DNA of 64,000 nucleotides. Source: Candidatus Heimdallarchaeota archaeon. Its GTDB lineage: Archaea; Asgardarchaeota; Heimdallarchaeia; Heimdallarchaeales; Heimdallarchaeaceae. The number at the start of each line of letters is the position of its first letter. Position 1 is the stretch's first letter. Both the position numbers and the translations under genes were made by a program. The notes below the pieces were generated by a model, which was not told the DNA's origin, searched no databases, and saw only the letters and a list, made by a program, of their open reading frames with translations. Shown here piece after piece: positions 39,328 to 48,529 of the stretch. The DNA lies in NCBI GenBank assembly GCA_018238545.1, contig JABCTC010000009.1, positions 1 to 64,000 of the forward strand, written 5' to 3'.

Positions 39328-40008
39328 TCACTTTTGAATCTTTAATTGCCACTCGTAAATAGCTTCGACAATATCAGCTTTTGTTGGTAGATCTTCTTGA
39401 TTTGTTTTCTTAAGCAATTTACAGAATTTGTCGATTTCATAGAAAACAGAGCCCGATATACCTATGTTCATAAGATTATCCTTAGTTTTTTGCAGAACTT
39501 CTATTATGTCTGTTGCATTTTCTAAATTAATTCTTGAAATTGTACCAACCATTTCTTTTAGTTTAGTTAGCTCTTCTTCTGGATTCAAGCTTATAGTGAC
39601 ACTTGTTGTAAATCCTTGTTCAATAACCCCTAATACTTTCTTTTCTCCTTCTTCCAGACTTCCAACAACGTTGTTTTTATAATAATAGTTCACTAATCTA
39701 ACTGCTAATTGACGTAATCCTTGTTCAAGATCTTTTTCATCTAAATCAGGGATATTATGTAGTAAACCCATTCTGATTAGAATCAGGTCTCTATTCTTCT
39801 TTGCATATGTCATTTCTTGTTCTGTGATTTCTTTAATATCGAAAAGACGTTTAACTAAAGAGGAGAATGTATCGAGGTCCATGTGTATAATATCACCACG
39901 GGTTAGAAAAGGCTTAATCTTTTCTATAATTAATTTCCATAGAGGGTCTTTTTCTTCCTCTTTCTCATCCTCAAAAACTTCTACTTCTTCACTGTTACTA
40001 TTATCCAT
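39328..40008 (-). CDS. Hypothetical helical protein
   Basis: 226-aa ORF 4 bp upstream of the next gene. Confidence 0.7.
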   Translation of the reverse strand: MDNSNSEEVEVFEDEKEEEKDPLWKLIIEKIKPFLTRGDIIHMDLDTFSSLVKRLFDIKEITEQEMTYAKKNRDLILIRMGLLHNIPDLDEKDLEQGLRQLAVRLVNYYYKNNVVGSLEEGEKKVLGVIEQGFTTSVTISLNPEEELTKLKEMVGTISRINLENATDIIEVLQKTKDNLMNIGISGSVFYEIDKFCKLLKKTNQEDLPTKADIVEAIYEWQLKIQK

Positions 40009-40107
40009 AGGGAATTTATAATCAAAAACATATTAAAGTTTTGCGAGATTTCCAATAATCAAGAAGAATAACATAAATTTTTTAATCTAAATGCTCTATT
40101 TTAACCT

Positions 40108-40722
40108 ATGAATGTTTATCAAGTAATAAGAAAAAGATTGAAACAGGTTAAAGAACCTTACAAATTCCTCAATGGTGATGTTTACCTTGTTGTGACACCA
40201 ACACACATCTGGATATGGTTAGGCTCAAAATCGTATTGTGATGACAAAGCCGTTGGTGCTTGGACAGCAAAGGTAATTGAAGAAGACAACAAATCTTTAG
40301 AAATAGATACAGTAATGGATGGAGATGAACCACAAGAATTCAAAGATCTTATCACATTCGAAGTTTTAGAAGGAGATACTCCTGGTTTCCTCAAACATTT
40401 TGATAAGAAGGTAGATATAGATTACAAATTACTAAAAATCCAACAAGATTCTGATGGGTTGATTAAAACTTCAGAAGTTCCTATCAAGAAGAAATCCTTT
40501 AAATCTGGAGATAGTTTTGTTTTAGACGCCTGGGACGAACTTTATGTTTGGATAGGTAAAAAATCGCAAGTTAAAGAAAAGTATGAAGCAGGTAGAATTT
40601 CTAGAGCACTAGATGTTGAAAGAAAACGAACTCCTGTTATCTATACAATGGATGAAGGTCAAGAACCAAAAGGTTTCTGGGATATTGTTGAAAGGATTCA
40701 AAAAGAAGATCCCAAAAAATAA
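40108..40722 (+). CDS. Two-domain gelsolin-family protein (Asgard 2DGel-like actin regulator)
   Basis: Two repeats: FLNGDVYLV..IWIWLGSKS..K..G...DGDEPQEF and FKSGDSFVLD..LYVWIGKKS..EK..A...EGQEPKGFW. Confidence 0.92.
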   Translation: MNVYQVIRKRLKQVKEPYKFLNGDVYLVVTPTHIWIWLGSKSYCDDKAVGAWTAKVIEEDNKSLEIDTVMDGDEPQEFKDLITFEVLEGDTPGFLKHFDKKVDIDYKLLKIQQDSDGLIKTSEVPIKKKSFKSGDSFVLDAWDELYVWIGKKSQVKEKYEAGRISRALDVERKRTPVIYTMDEGQEPKGFWDIVERIQKEDPKK

Positions 40723-40806
40723 TTTCATCTTTTCTCTTTTTATTTTATTTTCATATATTTTTAAAACGCGAAAGATTAAAATACTATAAAATTGTTCTTT
40801 GTGAGT

Positions 40807-41442
40807 ATGTCATTTGAAGATGAATCTCCTGAATTATCAAGAGCAGAAACTGTTGAATCTTTAACGAGAGACCAACAAATCCTTCTGTACACCATAGACT
40901 ATTTAACAAAGTGGATGGTTAGCGATGAACATATCTTGAAAAATGAAGGAGACAAAGTTTGGATTAAAGAGCTACCATTGTGGGCAATTATGTACTATCA
41001 AATTACTCATGGATCTTATGAGACTTATGATTACGCCCCTACACCCATACAATTTTTTGGAAGAAGCAGTTTTACTATAAATCTTTCCTATGAAGGTGTT
41101 GATGATGTTGAAGATTTACGTGAATTGGATATCCTAGAAAAGATTCGTCTCAGTACTTCTCAACATGGCTTTGTTACAGCTTATAGAATTACAGAAATAG
41201 GAGATAAATATCTAAAAAAAATTCCTAAAGATGTCATTGATGAAGTTGAAACTCTCTTTTTCTGTGAATGTTGTCAAAAACGAATGCATTTCTACATGAA
41301 TATGGGTGATAATCCATCAGTTTTAATGGATTGCCCCGATTGTGATGAATCTGATGTTCATTTAAATTTTCTTGAAAGCGAAGATGTAAGTTATGTTTCA
41401 AAACCTTACTTTCTGAAAATAAGTGATTTGTTGAAGAGGTGA
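40807..41442 (+). CDS. Conserved hypothetical protein with wHTH-like core and C-terminal zinc finger
   Basis: YDYAP, S.EG.DDVEDLRE, TAYRITEIG (wing-like), CECC...CPDC. Confidence 0.7.
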   Translation: MSFEDESPELSRAETVESLTRDQQILLYTIDYLTKWMVSDEHILKNEGDKVWIKELPLWAIMYYQITHGSYETYDYAPTPIQFFGRSSFTINLSYEGVDDVEDLRELDILEKIRLSTSQHGFVTAYRITEIGDKYLKKIPKDVIDEVETLFFCECCQKRMHFYMNMGDNPSVLMDCPDCDESDVHLNFLESEDVSYVSKPYFLKISDLLKR

Positions 41443-41446
41443 TTAT

Positions 41447-43219
41447 GTGAGTGAAGAATTAGCAGGAAACATAAAAGATGAATTAGCAGAAATCATTCAT
41501 ATTAAAGACCCAAAAATTTTCGTTATAGAGTGGCTTCCCTTTGATTCTAACCAATTAAGAGAACTGAATAAAAAAATGGATATAGAAAAAGGAGCACATA
41601 AGACTCTTCTTACTGGTTTAATTGATAGGCAACCGAATGTACCTATTTTTCAATCAAAAGGTGCTCATACAAAAGTATTCGTTGAAGATTATGAACTTGA
41701 TAGTTTTGTTAACCTTCAAGCAATCATCGATTTGCCTGAAGAAGAAGACATTGTACAAGTTGAAGAGATGGCTATTTTTGTCTCGAGAGATGGTTTCATC
41801 ATTTATTCGTTGGAATTAGCTGAAATTGAAAACTTGAATACATACATGTCTATAGATAAAATAACTCGAGTTGTTGCAGATTTATGTCAAGATAGTTCTG
41901 TAGTGATTGATAGCCTTTTGACTGAATTCCAAAGGAATTTTATTGATATTATATTTGGAGATCCCATCCATCGTCCAAAAACTATCTGCTATGTTGGAGA
42001 TGATATTAAAATCCGACATGAGGACATACAAGATTACTATGACGGGGAAGAGTGTGAGATTGAACTAAGCCAATTATTAGGTGAAGGACATGAACCTTTC
42101 CAAGTAGGTAATAATCTTTTCTTTAAAGGTTCAAGGGGTACATGTGCAATTGTAGATACTTTTGATAAAGAGACAGAATACCAAATAATTTTCTGGGGCA
42201 TTCAACATGCTATGAACAACTTTGTAGATAATTTTATGTCTAGAATTTGGGAATTATATGATCAAACTAAACACGTGAAAAAGATTGTTGATGAAGCTGT
42301 TGCAGGCAACACTGACGCTTTAAATACTGTTACAGAAGAAATTACAGTAATCACTAGCACAATTAGTCTAGTTGGACAAATTAAAGAATTTCTTAAAGAT
42401 TCTAGTAAAGATTTGTTAGAAATTTATGGCAAAAATAAAAAATGTAATCTGGATGGCTTTTATGAGGTTGAAAATTCCTTGAAATCTTCACAAAGAAGAA
42501 TTCTGGAATCTGAAAAAATCATTTCTGGTTTATTAACTGAGCTTGATGGATTACGAAATTATGTTGCAACGCTTTCAGAGTTACAAATGAGAAAGATGTC
42601 TAAAGTTATGACAAAAAACACAAAAAGTATGAATGAAGTACTTCAAGCTAATACTAGAACAAGTGAAGCAATCGATATGATTGAATTGATTTTGGCAGGC
42701 AGTATTATCTTAGAAATTTTTGCTTTTGCGGTAGGTGAGATTACATCTGAACAGACATTTTTTGGTTCAATTTTAAGTGGACAAGGATTTGGGAAGGATC
42801 AGTGGATAACTCTAGCTCTTTTACTAATCAGTGTTTTTGCTTGGATAACGATAGTTGTTCTATTAAGAAGAAGTAAGAAGAAAATGGAGATAGAAGCTTT
42901 GCAAGATTTCTATGTAACACTGTCTGTGAATAAAAAAATAGATGTAACTAAAATGGAAGAATATATCTCAAATAGATCAGTTCAGATAAAAAATGTTGAA
43001 TATGATAAGGAAAATATCATCATCTCATGTGTTTGGGGTGGTGATGATGACCCAAATCTGCTAGGGAAAAACATCGAAAAAGTAAGCGTTAGTTATAATG
43101 AAACTAACAGCTTGTTGTTAACGTTAGAGATTGAAACTTCTGAATTAGATATTAAACAAGATAAACTTCTAGGTTATGTGTTCAATGATCTTGAAGCAAA
43201 AGGGGTATTTATTAAGTAA
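41447..43219 (+). CDS. Hypothetical membrane protein with CorA-like topology
   Basis: Large soluble domain, long coiled coil, two TM helices, soluble C-domain; 4 bp from the upstream gene. Confidence 0.7.
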   Translation: MSEELAGNIKDELAEIIHIKDPKIFVIEWLPFDSNQLRELNKKMDIEKGAHKTLLTGLIDRQPNVPIFQSKGAHTKVFVEDYELDSFVNLQAIIDLPEEEDIVQVEEMAIFVSRDGFIIYSLELAEIENLNTYMSIDKITRVVADLCQDSSVVIDSLLTEFQRNFIDIIFGDPIHRPKTICYVGDDIKIRHEDIQDYYDGEECEIELSQLLGEGHEPFQVGNNLFFKGSRGTCAIVDTFDKETEYQIIFWGIQHAMNNFVDNFMSRIWELYDQTKHVKKIVDEAVAGNTDALNTVTEEITVITSTISLVGQIKEFLKDSSKDLLEIYGKNKKCNLDGFYEVENSLKSSQRRILESEKIISGLLTELDGLRNYVATLSELQMRKMSKVMTKNTKSMNEVLQANTRTSEAIDMIELILAGSIILEIFAFAVGEITSEQTFFGSILSGQGFGKDQWITLALLLISVFAWITIVVLLRRSKKKMEIEALQDFYVTLSVNKKIDVTKMEEYISNRSVQIKNVEYDKENIIISCVWGGDDDPNLLGKNIEKVSVSYNETNSLLLTLEIETSELDIKQDKLLGYVFNDLEAKGVFIK

Positions 43220-43288
43220 TTACAACCTCTTTTCTTTTTCTATTTTAATTCAGATAGTTTTAATTACTACTTCTCGGATTATGGTGAT

Positions 43289-44035
43289 ATGCCTAAAACG
43301 AAGAAAGCTTTTTCAATTCAATCCAGCGAATTGATTAAGGATTTCAAATTGCAGGGAGAGGAAATTGTTCATGTTTTGACAGGAGTTAACATGAAAGTAA
43401 AACCAGGAGAATTTATTGCATGCATGGGGCCAAGTGGTAGTGGTAAGTCAACATTACTAAATATTTTAGCTACATTGGAAACAATTACAGAAGGTGAAGT
43501 GAGGCTAAGTGGTGTTAATCTTCATGACACTTCATATAAAGATATATTAGATATTCGAAGAAATAAAACAGCTCTAGTTTTCCAAAATTTTGCTTTAATT
43601 CCATATCTTACAGCTAAAGAAAATGTTAAACTACCAATGAAACTAAGGGGGGTTCTAGAGAATGAAGCAGAAGAGAAAGCAATTAGTTACTTAGAGCAAG
43701 TTGGTCTTTATGCTCGTCTTGATCACTTACCTGAAGAATTAAGTGGTGGTGAACAGCAAAGAGTCGCAATAGCAAGAGCTCTGGCACATGATCCTGATAT
43801 AATTTACGCAGATGAACCAACTGGGAATCTTGACACAAACATTGGAAAAGATATTATTCAATTGTTTAAGACATTGGCAAAAGAGAAAAATATCACCATC
43901 ATCATGGTTACGCATGATCCAGATTGTGCGGTTGAGACTGATCGCATATATATCCTTCAAGAAGGGAAAGTTCTCGAAGAAAGAGTTACATCAGTTAAGA
44001 AGCGTAGTAGTAAGGTGGAGGATGTAAAGAAATGA
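43289..44035 (+). CDS. LolD/MacB-type ABC ATPase
   Basis: GPSGSGKS, LSGGEQQRVAIARAL, ADEPTGNLD. Confidence 0.93.
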   Translation: MPKTKKAFSIQSSELIKDFKLQGEEIVHVLTGVNMKVKPGEFIACMGPSGSGKSTLLNILATLETITEGEVRLSGVNLHDTSYKDILDIRRNKTALVFQNFALIPYLTAKENVKLPMKLRGVLENEAEEKAISYLEQVGLYARLDHLPEELSGGEQQRVAIARALAHDPDIIYADEPTGNLDTNIGKDIIQLFKTLAKEKNITIIMVTHDPDCAVETDRIYILQEGKVLEERVTSVKKRSSKVEDVKK

Positions 44036-46806
44036 AGATTACTAATATTTTTTCAACATTAGGTTTAGCTTTTAGGAGTATTTTTTCTAACAAAAGAAGA
44101 AGCATTTCAATAGGCGCAGGAATGATTTTAGGTGCAGCAATATTCTCAAGTATCTTCTTCTATGGTTCCATGATAAACTCAATTACAGTTCAAGATATAA
44201 TTGATAATACAGAAGCGGAGATAGCGTTTTCTCCAATCAGTGATGTTTCAGAATATACTCCAGTGCAATTTGCGAATATGATTACAGAAGAAGTGGAAAT
44301 AGACAATAGTATTGTTTTGTATGGAGGGATGCAACAATCGGATGATGAACTTGAGATGTTCTATGATTCTCATATTACGCCAGAGGTGAATTTTACAGAA
44401 TATAGTGGTGTTCTAAATGCTAGACCTTTCTATATACCATTCATAATTGATGATGAATTTCTCAACAGTAGTATAGTTAACTCAGTAAATATGGTTGCTG
44501 GAGAAAATGATCTGAGTGGAAATAGTTGTCTTTTATCTATCGACCAATACAAGTCACTAGGAATCCAACTTAACGACACCTTGCCATTCAATTTTACTCT
44601 CTATAAAGTGGATTATAGTTTAGGTATTGAAAGTACAGTATTATTGGAATCTTATACTTTTAATTTAACAATCAAGGGTTTCTTTAGAAATAGTCTTCTT
44701 CTAGGAGATGAGTTTCTACTAATGGGAAGTCACAATCTTCCAAGTGGTAGTATTGCCAATTTAACTTCATATCAAATGTTTAGAATTGCTTCCAAGCTTA
44801 ATTTGGAAGAATTTCCTTTAAGTGATTTAATGGACCTTAATGATGCAATTGAACAAGTTATTAGAAGGATTGAACAAAAATATGCTCTAGAAGGTAATAA
44901 CCTCATTTCTGGACAATTGTTTGTTTTTATGGGAATGATAACTATTATGCAGTTACTTGACACAATATTATACATACCTGCAATCGTACTATCAATTATT
45001 CTAATTAACCTTGGAGCAGAACTTGCATTACAAGAAAGAAAATTTGAAGTTTCCGTACTTAAAGCTCAAGGAGCAAGTCCTAAACAGATACGGCGAATGA
45101 TTTTTACTGAAGTGTTTTTGATAGCTATTATAGGCGAACTTATTGGTTTATTTTTGGGAATGCTAGGTGCAGCTATGGTTCTTTCAACCTATCGTTTCAT
45201 GGTGATAGACTTTCAAACTTTTGCTTCTGCATTTTCATCACTAAATATTAGCGCATGGAGTGTAATCGTAACGGTGATAATAACGTTTGGAATACTATTT
45301 ATCACTACTCGAAAGAAGACTAACGCTTTCATCAGACAAGAAGTAGCTGTTGCTAAAACAATTGAGAAACAGAAAAAAGGCTGGTTCAAAGCCATTTACG
45401 GTGACATAATATTCTTTACATTAGGACTGATTGGTGTAATGTTAACAATTGTTGAAGATACAAATCCTGCTGTTTCTTATAGTTTTGTTGTCGAATTGTT
45501 ACAATTCTTCACACCAATATTATTGTGGTATGGTGGAGCAGCTGTAGTCAGCAGATTATCTACAAAGGTTCCAGAAAGGCTTGACAAAGTGCTAGTTAAA
45601 GTGTTCAAAGACATTGGAAGTTTACTTAAAGGTAGCCTTTCAAGAAGACATCAGAACTTTCCAAGAATGACAGTTCTAATCTGCCTTTCAGTTTCTTTGA
45701 GTGTTTTTGCTGCTATACAAGGTGAAACTGGTGCTGCGGAAATCCCAAGACACGCAGATTATTACATTGGAGGAGATATGAGAATAGATCTGATAGGTTA
45801 TTATCAAGATCTGTCTATATCAAACTTTACTGGGTTCGAAGATAAAATAGAATCAGTAATCCCGATATATTACACTCCACTCCAATCAGGAGCAGATATG
45901 GTGCATTGTTATGGTGCTGATCTCACGCAATATGGAGAAGAAGCTCTATGGCATCGTGATTCAATTGTCGATTATCCTAATTGGGAAAAAGGATTAGAAA
46001 CCATTCAAGCTGATCCATTGAGAAATGTAGGTATTGGTCGTGAATCAGCTAGATATCTAGAAATTGATAATAATCCAACATTTAAGTTAGATCTTTTCAA
46101 TGGTTCCGAGATTGAAGTTGAAGCTACAATTGTGATTGATCATGCCCCTGGTGGTGTTAAAGACGAATTTGCTGGTTTCGCAGGATATGCCATTCTAGTT
46201 GATAAGGCATTCATCTTGAACTATGCTCCATTTACACATACCATAGTAAGAGCTATTATTAATTTGAAACCTAGTGTTGATCCTATTGAAGAAAACCTTT
46301 CATTCCAGTTCAACACTAAATTTGATTGGATTGTTGATGCTCAATCTTATGAAGAAGAAATAGAGTTTATAGCTGGTAGAGAGGGTATGAGATTTGGTTT
46401 TCCAGGATTACTTACAATTAATTTCATAATCGCCATAGTTGCAATTGTTATTGGTATAACTATATTCATGTTCATGATTATAAATCAGAGAAAGAAAGAA
46501 TTCGCAATTTTGATTGCTGAAGGAGCGTCAAAGAAGCAATTAGTGAAACTGGTCATAACTGAAGTACTTTCTATGGCTATTTTTGCTACGGGATTTGGAA
46601 CGTTGATTGGATTCTTATTTGGTTATCAGATAAATTCCTTCTTTGACACGTTTAGTGTGACGACCTTTGATAGATACCTCATCTTCCCACCAATAATACT
46701 CACAGCGACGATTGTAGGTGCGTTTGTAGTTATCTTATTGGCTACTCTAGTACCGGCTCTCATAGCGGCAAGAACAAATGTAGTGGAGGAAATGAGGACA
46801 GTTTAG
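44032..46806 (+). CDS. FtsX/MacB-type ABC permease with two FtsX domains
   Basis: ERKFEVSVLKAQGAS and QRKKEFAILIAEGAS; two large extracellular loops; ATGA overlap. Confidence 0.88.
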   Translation: MKITNIFSTLGLAFRSIFSNKRRSISIGAGMILGAAIFSSIFFYGSMINSITVQDIIDNTEAEIAFSPISDVSEYTPVQFANMITEEVEIDNSIVLYGGMQQSDDELEMFYDSHITPEVNFTEYSGVLNARPFYIPFIIDDEFLNSSIVNSVNMVAGENDLSGNSCLLSIDQYKSLGIQLNDTLPFNFTLYKVDYSLGIESTVLLESYTFNLTIKGFFRNSLLLGDEFLLMGSHNLPSGSIANLTSYQMFRIASKLNLEEFPLSDLMDLNDAIEQVIRRIEQKYALEGNNLISGQLFVFMGMITIMQLLDTILYIPAIVLSIILINLGAELALQERKFEVSVLKAQGASPKQIRRMIFTEVFLIAIIGELIGLFLGMLGAAMVLSTYRFMVIDFQTFASAFSSLNISAWSVIVTVIITFGILFITTRKKTNAFIRQEVAVAKTIEKQKKGWFKAIYGDIIFFTLGLIGVMLTIVEDTNPAVSYSFVVELLQFFTPILLWYGGAAVVSRLSTKVPERLDKVLVKVFKDIGSLLKGSLSRRHQNFPRMTVLICLSVSLSVFAAIQGETGAAEIPRHADYYIGGDMRIDLIGYYQDLSISNFTGFEDKIESVIPIYYTPLQSGADMVHCYGADLTQYGEEALWHRDSIVDYPNWEKGLETIQADPLRNVGIGRESARYLEIDNNPTFKLDLFNGSEIEVEATIVIDHAPGGVKDEFAGFAGYAILVDKAFILNYAPFTHTIVRAIINLKPSVDPIEENLSFQFNTKFDWIVDAQSYEEEIEFIAGREGMRFGFPGLLTINFIIAIVAIVIGITIFMFMIINQRKKEFAILIAEGASKKQLVKLVITEVLSMAIFATGFGTLIGFLFGYQINSFFDTFSVTTFDRYLIFPPIILTATIVGAFVVILLATLVPALIAARTNVVEEMRTV

Positions 46807-47826
46807 GTGATGAATATGTATGGAGATCAAAGACAAAGAATAAAGATTCAACCTCTGCCTGAGAATATGGCATTACAAGCCTTAGATATTTATCATGTAT
46901 ATGGAATGGAACATCAGAATAAAGTTGTAGCTCTGAAAGGAGTTAGTTTTGATATTAAGAAAGGAGAAATTTTGGGGATAATAGGTCCGTCAGGAAGCGG
47001 TAAATCAACTCTTCTACTATCTATGGGTGGAATGTTGAAACCTTCTGCTGGACAAATAATTTTCAATGATGGCACTGACATAACCAAGTTACCTGAAGAG
47101 GAACAATTCTCATTTAGACGACACAATATTGGCTATATCTTCCAAGAACAAAATTTAATTCCTTTCTTAACTGCTGAGCAAAACATCGAAATGCCAATGA
47201 AGCTTGTTGAAATCCCAAGAACCCAACGTAAGGTTAAAGTAAAAGAACTCATGGAAAGATTAGGCATCTGGCACAGAAGATTACACACACCTAAGCGTAT
47301 CTCTGGTGGAGAAAGGCAAAGGGTTGCTATAGCTAGAGCACTAGCAAATAACCCTAAACTAATACTAGCTGATGAACCAACAGGGTCGGTTGATTCAGAT
47401 ACTTCTACACAAATACTACAACTTTTTCAAGAGTTGAAAGATGAGATGGGTGCATCCTTTCTAATTTGTAGCCATGATCCAATTGTTGGTGAGTTTTCTG
47501 ACAGAACTCTAGAAATCCGTGATGGCATAATTATTGGAGAACACGGTTTAGGTGTTGATCTATCGAATTTGGATAGTTCTAGATTATTAGTAATCGACAA
47601 CCAAAACAGAATAACTTTACCAGAAAAAGCTTTAATTGGATTAAGAGGTTCTTTGCTGTATACTTGGGAATTGAAAGATGATGGAATTATGCTTAAACCA
47701 TTATCTCAGAAAGATGAAAAAATAGAACGCAAAATAAAGTTTTGTACATCATGTGGGGCTGATATCAAACCTGGCACGTACACCTGCACTCGTTGTGGCG
47801 CTAAATTAACAAGAATAGTGAGATGA
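46807..47826 (+). CDS. ABC ATPase with C-terminal AbrB-like segment and zinc ribbon
   Basis: GPSGSGKS, ISGGERQR, ADEPTG; VIDNQNRITLP; CTSC...CTRC. Confidence 0.9.
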   Translation: MMNMYGDQRQRIKIQPLPENMALQALDIYHVYGMEHQNKVVALKGVSFDIKKGEILGIIGPSGSGKSTLLLSMGGMLKPSAGQIIFNDGTDITKLPEEEQFSFRRHNIGYIFQEQNLIPFLTAEQNIEMPMKLVEIPRTQRKVKVKELMERLGIWHRRLHTPKRISGGERQRVAIARALANNPKLILADEPTGSVDSDTSTQILQLFQELKDEMGASFLICSHDPIVGEFSDRTLEIRDGIIIGEHGLGVDLSNLDSSRLLVIDNQNRITLPEKALIGLRGSLLYTWELKDDGIMLKPLSQKDEKIERKIKFCTSCGADIKPGTYTCTRCGAKLTRIVR

Positions 47827-47865
47827 ACTCTCTATTCCCTAATCTTTTTTAATCAAAACGTTTCT

Positions 47866-48477
47866 ATGGTTCTGATGAATATTTACCTAGTGAGACATGG
47901 AGAGACAGATTATAATAAAGAACGCTTGTTGATGGGGCAGTTAGATATCCCTCTGAATGAGCTAGGACTATCTCAAGCGGAGAAAATTGGAAAAATACTA
48001 GAAAATAAAGAGATATCGAAAATTTACTCTTCTGATCTCATTCGAGCTTCTAAAACAGCTGAAATTGTTAAGAATACACAAAATATCCCACTAGAGTTAA
48101 TTCCAAATTTCAGAGAGCACACTTTTGGAAAAATGGACGGTATGAAATGGTCATCAAAATGGGATGAAATGGAAAAGAATGAATTTGATAATATACTCTT
48201 AAAGGAAGGTGGGGAATCATTTACTCATTTTGAAAAGAGAATATGGGATACATACATCAAAATTACATCGAAACACTCAATTGATGAAAACTTACTGATT
48301 ATCTCACATGGTGGGTGTATTAGGGTGATAATTATGAAAATCCTTAATGCAACTGAAGAAATATTCAGTAATCTGAGCATTGATAATTGTAGTTTAACAA
48401 CAATAGTTCATCTTCCGCATCGCAAAATTCACAAATACCGTATCATTAACATCAACTCTAATTGGTATCTTGAATAA
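47866..48477 (+). CDS. Histidine phosphatase (PGM/CobC family)
   Basis: LVRHGET, SSDL.RA, GGES, SHGG. Confidence 0.9.
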   Translation: MVLMNIYLVRHGETDYNKERLLMGQLDIPLNELGLSQAEKIGKILENKEISKIYSSDLIRASKTAEIVKNTQNIPLELIPNFREHTFGKMDGMKWSSKWDEMEKNEFDNILLKEGGESFTHFEKRIWDTYIKITSKHSIDENLLIISHGGCIRVIIMKILNATEEIFSNLSIDNCSLTTIVHLPHRKIHKYRIININSNWYLE

Positions 48478-48529
48478 ATATATAATCACAAGCCCAAAAT
48501 TAATAAATAAATAGTCTATTTTTATCTCA

